Assembly (NCBI GenBank): GCA_016187225.1
Contig: JACPKC010000004.1
Location: 17,004 to 81,003, forward strand
Origin: Candidatus Berkelbacteria bacterium
GTDB taxonomy: Bacteria > Patescibacteriota > UBA1384 > JACPKC01
DNA: 64,000 bases
Direction: 5' to 3'
Every line of letters starts with the position of its first letter. The first letter of the stretch is position 1. The notes beneath the pieces were generated by a model. The model ran no database searches, was not told the DNA's origin, and was given only the letters and a program-made list of their open reading frames with translations. Shown one piece after another: positions 48,137 through 59,143 of the stretch. Both the position numbers and the translations under genes were made by a program.

Positions 48137-49072
48137 ATGCCTCTCTCGAATGCCGAGAAAGCGATTCTTGTTCCACTCATTTTTTTCGATCTTTTTGATC
48201 GTCCGCTTCGGCCGGAGATTGTTTATTTATTGACCTATCGCACCTCGCTCACTCGCAAACGTTTTGACGACGTAGTTGAGGGGTTGATTGAACGCGGTCT
48301 GCTCATGTCTCGACGCGGTTTTTTGCATTTAAGCGACCGGCCGGGACTCGCTGAAAATGGTATTCTGCGCGAGCGTATTTCACGCGAATTATATGAAGAC
48401 GCAGTGCAACTCGTCAAAAAGTTCACGACCGTTCCATTTATAAAAATGATTGCGGCGATTAATTCGCTTGCTTTTTGGAATGCGCATCATAATTCAGACA
48501 TTGACCTTTTAGTGGTGACCGAGCCTGGTAAAATTGCGGTTGCGCGCGATCATATCAATCTGCTTTTGACTTTTTGGCGTCGTCGCAATACCCGCCCGCC
48601 CAAACGGCGCAAGGTTGCCGTCGATGTAATGGTAGATACGCTTCAACTCGATGCGATGGATTGGCGCCAAAAACCTCAAGATATCTACTTTGAATTTTGG
48701 TTTGCGCGCCTGGCGCCGCTCATCGATCGCGATTCAACCTATGCTCGTTTAATGAATAAAAATATGTGGATCCGAGGAGTGTTTCCACAGTTCAAGCCGC
48801 GTGATGATTTTCTTATTCAGTCAAGTGAAGCGCGGGATCGTCAGCCTTCGGTATGGGAACGTTGGTACCAAACATCGCTTGGTCAACGCTTAGGCGCCTT
48901 GATGGCTTACAAGCAGAGATATCGCCTAAAGAACTATCAAGCTCGAATTGGCAAACAGGGTCTAGTTGTTGTCAAGCCGCATCTTTTGCGTTTTCATGTC
49001 CCGGATCGTCGGGCAGAGTATCAGGAACAGTTTGAACGTCGATGGAAAACAGTCGAAGAATTAGCCTTGTAA
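48137..49072 (+). CDS. hypothetical protein with a nucleotidyltransferase-like motif
   Basis: NSDIDLLVV segment. TGCTATAAT sits 9 nt before the ATG, so the mRNA is near-leaderless. Confidence 0.35.
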   Translation: MPLSNAEKAILVPLIFFDLFDRPLRPEIVYLLTYRTSLTRKRFDDVVEGLIERGLLMSRRGFLHLSDRPGLAENGILRERISRELYEDAVQLVKKFTTVPFIKMIAAINSLAFWNAHHNSDIDLLVVTEPGKIAVARDHINLLLTFWRRRNTRPPKRRKVAVDVMVDTLQLDAMDWRQKPQDIYFEFWFARLAPLIDRDSTYARLMNKNMWIRGVFPQFKPRDDFLIQSSEARDRQPSVWERWYQTSLGQRLGALMAYKQRYRLKNYQARIGKQGLVVVKPHLLRFHVPDRRAEYQEQFERRWKTVEELAL

Positions 49073-50226
49073 GCGCCCATTTCCCGCCGAATGTTGTTGG
49101 CGGCGCAGAGTTAAATGCGGCGTTTTTGGCCGAACTTCTAACTCGCGAAGGTTGGGACGTAGTCATGCTCACGGGCGCCGCAGTTTTACCGCGCAAGCCA
49201 CCATATCGAATTATCAGCGTACCCGCTCTGCGGCCACGTCCAAGTTTAATTTATGAACCGTGGTGGGCGCGTCGAACCGCTCAAAAAATTCAACGCTTAA
49301 TTGGTCATTCAACGCTTGTGCATTCTTTCGATGTGCTCTCGCGCGCCGTGGTGGCGGAAGCGAGTCATCCTAAAAAAGTCACTACTCTGCAAGACATTTC
49401 GGCAGTCTGCGGCACAATCAATCGACTCTGGGTTGACGGCCGGATTTGTCCAGGTTGCAATCTTCAAAATTTACGCCATCACTGTTTGACGGTGCAAGGA
49501 AAGAAAGGTGTCGCTCGCTGGGCGCGAATCGCGCGGTACTGGAGCGCAACGGTTAGGCCCTATCGCAAAAATCTTCTCGATTCGTATCAAGCGATTACCA
49601 CTGTTTCGGAGTTTATTAAAACATTTGTCGGAGTTCCGCGCGCTGTTGTCGTTCCCGATCTTTTACATCCGCTCAAACCAACGTGCAAACTGCCGCACAC
49701 AACCGCGCCAACCATTCTAGTAGTTGGTCGCCTAGCCTTTGATAAAGGCACCGATCTCATTTTAAAAGCCTTAGCCGAATTGCCTGAATTTTTGCTTGAG
49801 TTTGTTGGTCGCGGCGACCAAGCGCGCTGGCAAAATTTGACTCACGCACTCAAGATTGCCGATCGAGTCACTTTTCATGAGGCTATTGCGCATGCTGAAA
49901 TCGGAAGTTGGTATCAGCGCGCGGACGTAGTCGTTCTACCCTCGCGCGCACCTGAAGCCTCGAGTCGCTCACTTCTCGAAGCAATGAGTTGCGGTCGAGC
50001 AGTCGTTGCGCCCAACTACGCTGGTCCTAAAGAGCTTATCATCGATGGCTCAACCGGCCGCTTATTTGATCGTGGTGATCCACATGATCTTGCCCGAGTA
50101 ATCCGTCAGGCATACAGAGAACGCGTTTCGCTCGGCAAACGTGCTCTCGCCGTTAGTTTGAAGTATCATCCCGATAAAGTTTTGCCTCAATATCTCGAAC
50201 TTTATCGGGAACTTTTACAAGCTTGA
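49042..50226 (+). CDS. glycosyltransferase family 4
   Basis: N-terminal GT4 pattern (VSAHFPPNVVGGAEL) and the C-terminal EGFG-like region ASSRSLLEAMSCGRAVVA. Confidence 0.75.
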   Translation: MENSRRISLVSAHFPPNVVGGAELNAAFLAELLTREGWDVVMLTGAAVLPRKPPYRIISVPALRPRPSLIYEPWWARRTAQKIQRLIGHSTLVHSFDVLSRAVVAEASHPKKVTTLQDISAVCGTINRLWVDGRICPGCNLQNLRHHCLTVQGKKGVARWARIARYWSATVRPYRKNLLDSYQAITTVSEFIKTFVGVPRAVVVPDLLHPLKPTCKLPHTTAPTILVVGRLAFDKGTDLILKALAELPEFLLEFVGRGDQARWQNLTHALKIADRVTFHEAIAHAEIGSWYQRADVVVLPSRAPEASSRSLLEAMSCGRAVVAPNYAGPKELIIDGSTGRLFDRGDPHDLARVIRQAYRERVSLGKRALAVSLKYHPDKVLPQYLELYRELLQA

Positions 50227-50365
50227 CAAACTTCTCGTCTACGGAGTAAAGTAAAAATCTGGCGGTGGCGGAAGAGGGTTCCCCCTTACCTCCCGTCCCG
50301 CCTTAAAATACGACTCCGAGGGGGTCAATTTAATGTTAAATATCAATAAGTTAGCGGAGGCAAAG

Positions 50366-50662
50366 ATGTTTGCAATCCAACCACTTGGAGATCGCGTTCT
50401 CCTTAAACTCCTCCCGGCCGAGGAGACGACGCACAGTGGAATCATTATTCCTGATACCGCCAAAGATAAATCCCAGCAGGCCACCGTTGTTGCTGTCGGA
50501 CCGGGCAAACGCGACAAAGACGGCAAGCGCATTGAGCTCGACGTTAAAGAAAGCGATGTCGTTTTAATCCCGCAATATGGAGGAGATGAAATTAAATATG
50601 AGGGCGAAGAATACAAAATCGTTGGCGCCGATGATATTTTGGCGCGCGTGACAAAAAAGTAA
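50366..50662 (+). CDS. groES: co-chaperonin GroES
   Basis: ATG after a GGAGG ribosome-binding site. Starts [14 protein letters not shown] and contains [20 protein letters not shown]. 98 aa. Confidence 0.9.
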   Translation: MFAIQPLGDRVLLKLLPAEETTHSGIIIPDTAKDKSQQATVVAVGPGKRDKDGKRIELDVKESDVVLIPQYGGDEIKYEGEEYKIVGADDILARVTKK

Positions 50663-52294
<1,632 letters not shown>

Positions 52295-52313
52295 GTTTTA
52301 CCAAGACTGAAAA

Positions 52314-52337
52314 AGCGCCTCGATGAGGCGCTTTTTC
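52314..52337 (+). terminator. intrinsic terminator after groEL
   Basis: An 8-bp stem AGCGCCUC/GAGGCGCU with a GAU loop, followed by UUUUU. Confidence 0.6.
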
Positions 52338-52385
52338 ATGCCATTTGCTCTCTTTATACTCGGGATAAGTCATATTTTCCTATCG

Positions 52386-52634
52386 TTAACGCTTGAGACT
52401 CTGTTCGATCAGGGGTGTGATGCGTTGGAAGATTGTTCCAACGCCCGGCAAAACCTCAAGTTTTTGAAGAATAATCAGTAGACTGTAAAGAATAATTACG
52501 GCTCCAAGCGTTGAGCCGATTCCGAATAAGATGCCTCGCCAAATAATTAGCCGCCAGGAATTTTCACGCCTGGACATTTTGCGAAGCGTAGTCTGAATCT
52601 CCTCAAACTGTTTCTCAATCTTCGTATCAGTCAT
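52386..52634 (-). CDS. small membrane protein (1 TM)
   Basis: 82 aa with a central hydrophobic helix. It overlaps the 5' end of the ABC permease gene. Confidence 0.4.
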   Translation of the reverse strand: MTDTKIEKQFEEIQTTLRKMSRRENSWRLIIWRGILFGIGSTLGAVIILYSLLIILQKLEVLPGVGTIFQRITPLIEQSLKR

Positions 52635-53841
52635 GGCGCAACGCGGCAATTGGGTCTAGGCGCGCGGCTCGATAAGCGGGCGCAATGCCAAAGATCAGTC
52701 CGACGGTAATGCCCACGCCAACGGCAAGCAAGATCGCATCGGGCGTGATGATCGGTGTTAAGGCCGAGTATTTAATTGTAAGTTGGGTTCCAATCCAGGC
52801 GATACCAACCGCTAAAAGCGCGCCAAAAACGGAAAGCACTATGGATTCAATCAGAAATTGCCACAAGATCGCGCTCGTGGTCGCGCCGACGGCTTTGCGC
52901 AAACCAATTTCTCGCGTGCGTTCAGCTACTGAAACAAGCATGATATTCATAATACCTACACCCGCCACGACAAGCGAGATGCTTGCAATCGCCGCGACCG
53001 CCGCAGTCAGGAGATCGAGAATAGTATTCACCGTGCCGATGAGATCATCTTGCGTTAGCACTGTAAAGTCTTCCGGCGCATGATTTTCTTCCAAACGAGT
53101 TTGAATGATTTTAACGTAGTTTTTGGCATCGACATCTGAATCAAGCGTCAAAATAATCCGCATCACTTTCACGCCGCCGGCAATCTCACCGGCCGTGTGA
53201 ATAGGAATCAAAACGATGCTGGAATAGTCTGATCCTCCAAGGACGCTCGCAGAGTCGGGCACCTTTGTAATGCCGACTACTTCAAAAGTTTCTTTACCGA
53301 TCTGCACTGATTCGCCAAGGGCTTCAGCATCGCCAAAAAGCGTTTTTTTAATGCCAGGGCCAAGCACAATCACGCGTTTAGCTAACCGATCTTCGTCATC
53401 AGAAAATATCCGACCGCGATCGATCTCAAGGCTCGACATAGTTGTGGTAATTGCGGAATTGGTGCCGAGCAAGAGCGCTTGAGGCGCGGTCGTTTGATCA
53501 CGGCGCAGAACTCCCCCAACTAACATATAGGGCGAAATTGCCTTGACGTCAGCAAGTTCATCAAGCGTTGCGACATCCTCTAGTTTGAGAATGTCGCCGG
53601 AAATTAAATTAGTGCTAAATCCTCCGCCGTTTGAAGGATCAAATTCGCCGGGAAGAATTGCGATCAGATTCGAACCAAGTGTCGAAATTTCTGAATTAAC
53701 GTCGCGGCGCAAGCCTTCGCCTAGAGCGAGAAATGTAATCACCGACGAGATGCCGATTATTACTCCTACGATCGTGAGAAATGTCCGCAATTTGTGTTGC
53801 CAGATCGATGCGATTGCCAGTTTGAATGCATCCCAAATCAT
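52627..53841 (-). CDS. ABC transporter permease (MacB/FtsX-like)
   Basis: A MacB-type periplasmic domain flanked by TM1 and a C-terminal FtsX 3-TM bundle (MNIMLVSVAERTREIGLRKAVGA). Confidence 0.8.
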   Translation of the reverse strand: MIWDAFKLAIASIWQHKLRTFLTIVGVIIGISSVITFLALGEGLRRDVNSEISTLGSNLIAILPGEFDPSNGGGFSTNLISGDILKLEDVATLDELADVKAISPYMLVGGVLRRDQTTAPQALLLGTNSAITTTMSSLEIDRGRIFSDDEDRLAKRVIVLGPGIKKTLFGDAEALGESVQIGKETFEVVGITKVPDSASVLGGSDYSSIVLIPIHTAGEIAGGVKVMRIILTLDSDVDAKNYVKIIQTRLEENHAPEDFTVLTQDDLIGTVNTILDLLTAAVAAIASISLVVAGVGIMNIMLVSVAERTREIGLRKAVGATTSAILWQFLIESIVLSVFGALLAVGIAWIGTQLTIKYSALTPIITPDAILLAVGVGITVGLIFGIAPAYRAARLDPIAALRHD

Positions 53842-54506
53842 ATGATTATTCCGTCTTTAACTTGGATTTTAGTATCTGCTTGAGCGGCAATTGCGGGATC
53901 ATGCGTAACTACAATCAAAGTTTTACCGTCGTGATTAAGTTCACGAAGCAGACTCAAGATTGACCCGCCAGTCACGGAATCTAAATTGCCCGTTGGCTCA
54001 TCGGCCAGAATGATTTTTGGATCGTTAATGAGCGCGCGGGCGATCGCCACTCGCTGTTGCTCCCCGCCCGAAAGCTGATTTGGCCGGTGATGCAGACGTT
54101 GACCAAGGCCGACTAATTTCAGTAGGGCCTGCGCTTTCGGTTTGCGATCCCGGAGGTGGGTGTATACGCCTGGCATCATAACGTTTTCAAGCGCCGTAGA
54201 CTTGGGGAGTAAATGGAATTGTTGGAATACGAACCCGATTAACTCGCGTCGCATTTGAGCTCGTCTTAAATCATGAGTGAGGTCATCGACTCGTTTGCCA
54301 TCCAATTTATAGGCGCCATCGCTTGGTCGATCGAGCAGGCCAAGAATATTGAGAATCGTGCTTTTGCCAGAACCAGATGGCCCAATAATTGCAGTGAAAC
54401 TTCCTGGTTCAATCGAAAAAGAAGCTTGGATGAGGGCTTTCGTTGCGCCTTCACCCTTGCCATACATTTTACTCACGTTCGTGAAACGTATAATCGGAGG
54501 AATCAT
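53838..54506 (-). CDS. ABC transporter ATP-binding protein (MacB/LolD-type)
   Basis: Walker [10 protein letters not shown], signature [15 protein letters not shown], and Walker [12 protein letters not shown]. Confidence 0.9.
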   Translation of the reverse strand: MIPPIIRFTNVSKMYGKGEGATKALIQASFSIEPGSFTAIIGPSGSGKSTILNILGLLDRPSDGAYKLDGKRVDDLTHDLRRAQMRRELIGFVFQQFHLLPKSTALENVMMPGVYTHLRDRKPKAQALLKLVGLGQRLHHRPNQLSGGEQQRVAIARALINDPKIILADEPTGNLDSVTGGSILSLLRELNHDGKTLIVVTHDPAIAAQADTKIQVKDGIII

Positions 54507-55024
54507 GCCGTTGCCTGCTCTTTGAGTAAAAAGCTCTCGGCCACTGTCGCGCGTCGGGTGCTGTCCCGCACGACAATAATTTTAGGTGTCACCTTAACAA
54601 TTTGTTCTCGTGCGATAATTCGTTCCGGGCCGAAAAGTTGATTGACGTGAATTTTAGCTAGCATTTCAAGATCAGTTTCAATTACCAAATCTGAAACTCG
54701 GCCGATGTATTCGTGCTCTTCGCTTTCCACGCGTTTACCCAGCCAGCGTTCGCGGCGCCGGGTGGCGGATTTGAAAGGTTGAATTTCATCTGGGGAGAGG
54801 AGTGAATCGTGGCTATTAATGATGATTGCTTGCGCCTCATAACTGACTACATCGCGACTTGAAAGAGCTTTCTTGCGGCTCAACCAACCCATTGGTTGAA
54901 TCCAAAAACCAATCAACTCACCTGTGTCGGGATGTAAAACTACATCGAGGACTGTCCCAACTCGCGCTTCTTCATCAAGCGCCGCGACTGGCAATTGTTT
55001 GAGCATGCCAAGTTGCAAAAGCAT
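54503..55024 (-). CDS. tandem PRC-barrel-like domain protein
   Basis: Two G..VG.V.D...D...G-type segments. The gene is coupled to the ABC operon by 4-nt overlaps. Confidence 0.35.
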   Translation of the reverse strand: MLLQLGMLKQLPVAALDEEARVGTVLDVVLHPDTGELIGFWIQPMGWLSRKKALSSRDVVSYEAQAIIINSHDSLLSPDEIQPFKSATRRRERWLGKRVESEEHEYIGRVSDLVIETDLEMLAKIHVNQLFGPERIIAREQIVKVTPKIIVVRDSTRRATVAESFLLKEQATA

Positions 55025-55044
55025 ATTGGTATTTTACCAGATAA

Positions 55045-55608
55045 CTACTCATTTACGCGTTCTACATACTGCCCGGTCGCCGTATTGATCCGTACCTTGT
55101 CGCCGCTTTTAATAAAGAGCGGCACTTGAATTATGAGACCGGTTTCAAGAGTTGCTGGCTTCATGGCCGCTGATTGAGTGTCTCCCTTAAACCCTGGTTC
55201 GGTGTAGCTAATCGAAAGTTCAACTTTAGCCGGAAGTTGGATTGCAAGAATTTGATTATTATAAAGTATTAAATCCACTTCCAAGCCATCAACTAGATAA
55301 TTAATATCTGCTCCTATTCGCTCCTCGGCGAGTGTATACTGCGCAAAGGTATCGCTTTCCATAAAAGTCGCGCTGGTTGGATTATTGTAAAGAAATTGGC
55401 CTTTGCGACGAGCGATGTCGGACTCCTCAAATGATTCACCGCCCCGGAAGGTGCGTTCATAAATTGCGCCAGTTTTCAAATTACGCACTTTAGTGCGGAG
55501 GACCGCCCCGCCTCGCCCCATTTTCGAGTGTTCGGCCGCGATTACCTGATGCGGCGCCCTATCAAGTTCGAAAAATGTCCCTACCTTAAGGTCGGTAATT
55601 CCAAGCAT
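55045..55608 (-). CDS. efp: elongation factor P
   Basis: MLGITDLKVG...KMGRGGAVLRTKVRNLKTGAI and a KOW-like N-terminus. ATG at 55608. Confidence 0.9.
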   Translation of the reverse strand: MLGITDLKVGTFFELDRAPHQVIAAEHSKMGRGGAVLRTKVRNLKTGAIYERTFRGGESFEESDIARRKGQFLYNNPTSATFMESDTFAQYTLAEERIGADINYLVDGLEVDLILYNNQILAIQLPAKVELSISYTEPGFKGDTQSAAMKPATLETGLIIQVPLFIKSGDKVRINTATGQYVERVNE

Positions 55609-55645
55609 AATTGTTCCTTTAATCCAGCGACTCGCTATTGGCAAC

Positions 55646-55861
55646 TTACCGCGTTGTGTAGGGCAAAATTGCTAGGTAGCGGGCACGTTTAACTGCCTCC
55701 GCTAACCGCCGCTGATGGCGAGCGCAAGTGCTGGTGTCTTTAGCTGATTTGAGTTTACTCCAAGTGCCCAAATAACGGCGCAGAAGGCCAGCATCTTTGT
55801 AATCGATCCAGTCAATTTTCTTTTTGCAAAATGCGCAACTGCGCTGGGAAATTCGAGGCAT
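55646..55861 (-). CDS. rpsR: 30S ribosomal protein S18
   Basis: CAFCKKKIDWIDYKD...RRLAEAVKRARYLAILPY. Confidence 0.85.
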   Translation of the reverse strand: MPRISQRSCAFCKKKIDWIDYKDAGLLRRYLGTWSKLKSAKDTSTCARHQRRLAEAVKRARYLAILPYTTR

Positions 55862-55870
55862 AATTCCTTT

Positions 55871-56335
55871 CTAAAATGGAATATCGTCGAGGTTGATTTC
55901 ATCTGGGGCAGTGACCGGTGCGGTTTGAGGACTGCCCTTTTTATTCGGTTTAGGCATTTCAAGCTTAACCCCACCCGATGGCTCGCTTTCCTCGCTACCG
56001 CGACTGCTCGGGCCAAGCGCGCTGATCTGATCGGCAATGATTTCAGTTGTGAAACGCTTCACACCGTCTTGTCCTTCCCAGGAGCGAGTGCGGAGTCGGC
56101 CGACCACTAAGACTTTGCGCCCTTTGTGCAAAATTTGGCTACAAATTTCAGCAAGCTTGGCCCAGGCAACAATATTATGAAACTCCGCTTCTTCTTGTTG
56201 TTGGCCATCTTTGCTTGTCCAGCGGCGATTAGTCGCTACGCTAAAACTCGCCACGGACTGACCCGATGTTGTTGAACGCAGTTCTGGATCGCGCGTCAGG
56301 TTTCCGAGAACGATTGCTTGATTAAAATCGGCCAT
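55871..56335 (-). CDS. ssb: single-stranded DNA-binding protein
   Basis: OB-fold N-terminus (NQAIVLGNLTRDPELR) and an acidic C-terminal tail ending DDIPF. Confidence 0.9.
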   Translation of the reverse strand: MADFNQAIVLGNLTRDPELRSTTSGQSVASFSVATNRRWTSKDGQQQEEAEFHNIVAWAKLAEICSQILHKGRKVLVVGRLRTRSWEGQDGVKRFTTEIIADQISALGPSSRGSEESEPSGGVKLEMPKPNKKGSPQTAPVTAPDEINLDDIPF

Positions 56336-56344
56336 CCTTCCTCC

Positions 56345-56797
56345 TTATTGAGCTTTTATTTGGTCTTGATCGTTGGCGAGGAGTTTATCAAGTTGTTCTT
56401 GGAGCTTTTGTTCACGCTCGCGCGTGTTGGCTTCGCTTTCTGGAGTCGGAGTTTTGGCAGTTGCTTGCTCGGGTTGTTCCAAATCCTTTGCTTCCTGCAA
56501 ACCTTCGATCTTCAAGTCGGCTGTAATCATCGAGGTTGCTGGCGCGGTCACGATTAAATACCGGAGAAGTTCATTCATAAGACGCAGGCGACGGTCGAGG
56601 ATTTCGAGTTGATCAGGCTCGAGAGTAAAGCGTAAGGCGGTGTAATAACCGGCGGTTTCTTTGTGCATTGGGTAGGTGAATTGTCGGCGACCCAGAGCGC
56701 GCTCGGCAGTGATATGGCCTTTCAATTCTTGAATCAGATTCGCGACACCTGCATTGGTCTCGTCGCGAGTGATAACCGTAATTTCATATTGATGCAT
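56345..56797 (-). CDS. rpsF: 30S ribosomal protein S6
   Basis: MHQYEITVI...YYTALRF...ILDRRLRL with an acidic C-terminal extension. Gene order is rpsF-ssb-rpsR. Confidence 0.9.
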   Translation of the reverse strand: MHQYEITVITRDETNAGVANLIQELKGHITAERALGRRQFTYPMHKETAGYYTALRFTLEPDQLEILDRRLRLMNELLRYLIVTAPATSMITADLKIEGLQEAKDLEQPEQATAKTPTPESEANTREREQKLQEQLDKLLANDQDQIKAQ

Positions 56798-56880
56798 GCT
56801 AATTTTCCTTTTTCTGTTCTTTCAGGAGTGGAGTGTAACAAACTAATCGCTATGGGTAAAGAGTTGGCGCTCAATAATTT

Positions 56881-57984
56881 TTAGACATTGAATCTAAACT
56901 CAATGACATCGCCATCGGCAACCACATAGTCTCGGCCCTCTTGTCGCAATTTACCGGCGCTTTGGGCGCCATCCTTGCCGTGGTAGGTGAGAAAGTCGGC
57001 ACAACTAATCACCTCGGCTTTGATGAAACCGCGTTCGAAATCAGTATGAATCACCCCAGCCGCTTGAGGCGCGGTTGCGTCTCGCTGGATTGTCCAGGCT
57101 CGCACTTCTTTCGGTCCGGCCGTAAAGTAGGTGATTAAGCCGAGCAGGGCAAAGGCCTCACGGATTAGGCGATCCAAGCCTCGTTCCTTGAAGCCGAGAC
57201 TGGCTAGATATTCAATCTGTTCGTTTTCGTTCAGCGTTGAGAGTTCGGCTTCGATCTTGGCCGAGATTGGAACCAATGGTGTGCTGGCAAATAAGCTCGG
57301 CTCGGCCTCAATCAATTCCTTGATTCGCTCCCCTGTTTTGTCAAGTTTTGTTTCTGACACATTGAGCACACACAGCATAGCTTTGGCAGTTAAAAGTCGA
57401 AATGATTTGAGGCGTGCACTTTCTGCTTGCGAAAGAGGGATCGAACGGACTCCCCTGCCCTGCTCGACTTCGGTTTTGATTCGCTTGAGGAGAGATTGCA
57501 AAGTAGTCGCTTCAGGATCACGAGCTTTAATCTTCCCTTCCAGATTCGCGAGAGCGTGTTCAAGAGTCTCCAAATCTTTGAGCGCCAATTCGGTTTGAAG
57601 AATGTGAATGTCTTCAAGCGGGTCGACGACACCTGTCACATGCACAACGTCTGGATCGGTAAAATCCCGCACCACGAGAGCAATCGCATCAACGTCGCGG
57701 ATATTGGCCAGAAATTTATTGCCCAAACCTTCGCCTTGATGAGCGCCGGCAACGAGTCCGGCAATGTCCACAAAAGTCACCGTTGCTGGCACAATTCGCG
57801 TTGGCTGAACAAGCTCGGCAAGTTTTTGGAGTCGATTATCGGGCAAATCCACAATCCCGATGTTTGGATTGATCGTGGTAAAAGGAAAATTACTTGCTTG
57901 CGCGTTCTGTTTTTTCGTGAGCGCGTTAAAAAGCGTTGATTTACCAACGTTAGGGGGTCCAACAATCCCAATCGTGAGTGACAT
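56881..57984 (-). CDS. ychF: redox-regulated ATPase YchF (Obg-family GTPase)
   Basis: [19 protein letters not shown]1 motif and a C-terminal TGS domain. ATG at 57984. Confidence 0.9.
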   Translation of the reverse strand: MSLTIGIVGPPNVGKSTLFNALTKKQNAQASNFPFTTINPNIGIVDLPDNRLQKLAELVQPTRIVPATVTFVDIAGLVAGAHQGEGLGNKFLANIRDVDAIALVVRDFTDPDVVHVTGVVDPLEDIHILQTELALKDLETLEHALANLEGKIKARDPEATTLQSLLKRIKTEVEQGRGVRSIPLSQAESARLKSFRLLTAKAMLCVLNVSETKLDKTGERIKELIEAEPSLFASTPLVPISAKIEAELSTLNENEQIEYLASLGFKERGLDRLIREAFALLGLITYFTAGPKEVRAWTIQRDATAPQAAGVIHTDFERGFIKAEVISCADFLTYHGKDGAQSAGKLRQEGRDYVVADGDVIEFRFNV

Positions 57985-58078
57985 GGGCGAAATTGTACTG
58001 CATCCTCTCCTGAATAGAAAGGGTCTGGTAAAAGAAAAGCCCGGCGGCTCCATTGAGGAGCTCTTGCCGGGTGTGTGA

Positions 58079-58378
58079 TTAGGCGGAGCGCAAGTTGGCT
58101 CGCAGGGCGATCATCGAGGTTTTTAGCCTTTCGATGTTTTCGCCCCGCCTACCTGGCCTTTGATTGAGAAGTTCGATCGAAATCTCGAGCATCCCAAGCA
58201 ATTTGGCGCGTTGCAGTCTTGCAAGCTCGCGCCGGATGCGAAAGAAAGCCTTGAGCTTGCCTTCCACATCCTTGACGACTGCGCCGATTTTATCATGGGC
58301 GCAGATATCGGGTTCGCTCAACTCCCAACACTTTGTGTGAATGGAGTCGATGAGATTGCGAAAATCTTCATCGCTCAC
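58079..58378 (-). CDS. hypothetical small helical protein (99 aa)
   Basis: GTG start 8 nt after a GAAGGAAGG ribosome-binding site. It is coupled 3 nt after the stop of the upstream ORF. Confidence 0.4.
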   Translation of the reverse strand: MSDEDFRNLIDSIHTKCWELSEPDICAHDKIGAVVKDVEGKLKAFFRIRRELARLQRAKLLGMLEISIELLNQRPGRRGENIERLKTSMIALRANLRSA

Positions 58379-58381
58379 TTT

Positions 58382-58720
58382 TTACCGCCTTCCTTCGCAT
58401 AGTCCGCCTTGGTTGAGGTAGGCGTAGAGAAGATCGAGCTCGCGGAGCAGAGCGCGATTTTGCTCGCGGTAGCTTGACTGATCGAGCGCCTCGAGCGCCT
58501 CGGTGATGTGTGTTCGAATGACCTTTTCTCGATCACTGCCATGTGGCGCGTCGACCGAAAGTAGCAATAACTCATTTATTGCATTTCTCATCTCGTACTC
58601 GCCCGCGCCTTGCCCGGTTATTATCCGGTTGATCATGGCGTGGAAGGAGGCGAATACGAGTTCGCGCTTCCGTTCCTTTGCGAGACTTAGGTCAGAACGC
58701 CTCTTATTAGATTCCTCCAT
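58382..58720 (-). CDS. hypothetical small protein (112 aa)
   Basis: ATG with an AAGGGGA ribosome-binding site. It contains an R-x6-H element (REKVIRTH), which I read only weakly as HEPN-like. Confidence 0.4.
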   Translation of the reverse strand: MEESNKRRSDLSLAKERKRELVFASFHAMINRIITGQGAGEYEMRNAINELLLLSVDAPHGSDREKVIRTHITEALEALDQSSYREQNRALLRELDLLYAYLNQGGLCEGRR

Positions 58721-59106
58721 TTTTCCATCATCCCCTTCTTTTTCGGTCTCGGTTTTTTCTCGTTATGTTGTTGATAGAACTCTCCAAGCGCCTCAAAAAG
58801 CGCTCGGAAAGTCCACTGCGAACAGCGGCCGATCGGACTCCGCACCTTCCCGATCCAACGGCGCAGAGCTGGTAACTCTTGTTCTTCGGCGCGCTCGAAG
58901 AGTAACATCACCGCGCCCTCGATCCGACCGGCTTGATAAGCGCTCTCCCGGATCGAACCCGGCTCGCGGATGAGCGTTTCCATCAGCCGTTCAATTTTAT
59001 CTTGGCATTCTTTGGACGTATGAATTGTAAAAACCTCCTCTTCTTTACTCAACTCAATATAGGCCGAGCAATCAGGCAGAGTAGTCCAAACTTCCGCACG
59101 GGTCAA
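58687..59106 (-). CDS. hypothetical protein (139 aa as tracked; the start is uncertain)
   Basis: Only a TTG start is available at 59106 and there is no clear ribosome-binding site. An internal ATG sits at residue 42. It lies 38 nt downstream of xerC. Confidence 0.25.
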   Translation of the reverse strand: MTRAEVWTTLPDCSAYIELSKEEEVFTIHTSKECQDKIERLMETLIREPGSIRESAYQAGRIEGAVMLLFERAEEQELPALRRWIGKVRSPIGRCSQWTFRALFEALGEFYQQHNEKKPRPKKKGMMEKWRNLIRGVLT

Positions 59107-59143
59107 TGCATTAAGGCTTTTACATTACTTTTTCAAGAGTTTC

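Noticed and set aside
50227-50365. CIRCE (HrcA operator TTAGCACTC-N9-GAGTGCTAA) upstream of groES
   Set aside because: Only a partial TTAGCgGAG half-site is present, immediately at the RBS, with no inverted partner. It is not convincing.
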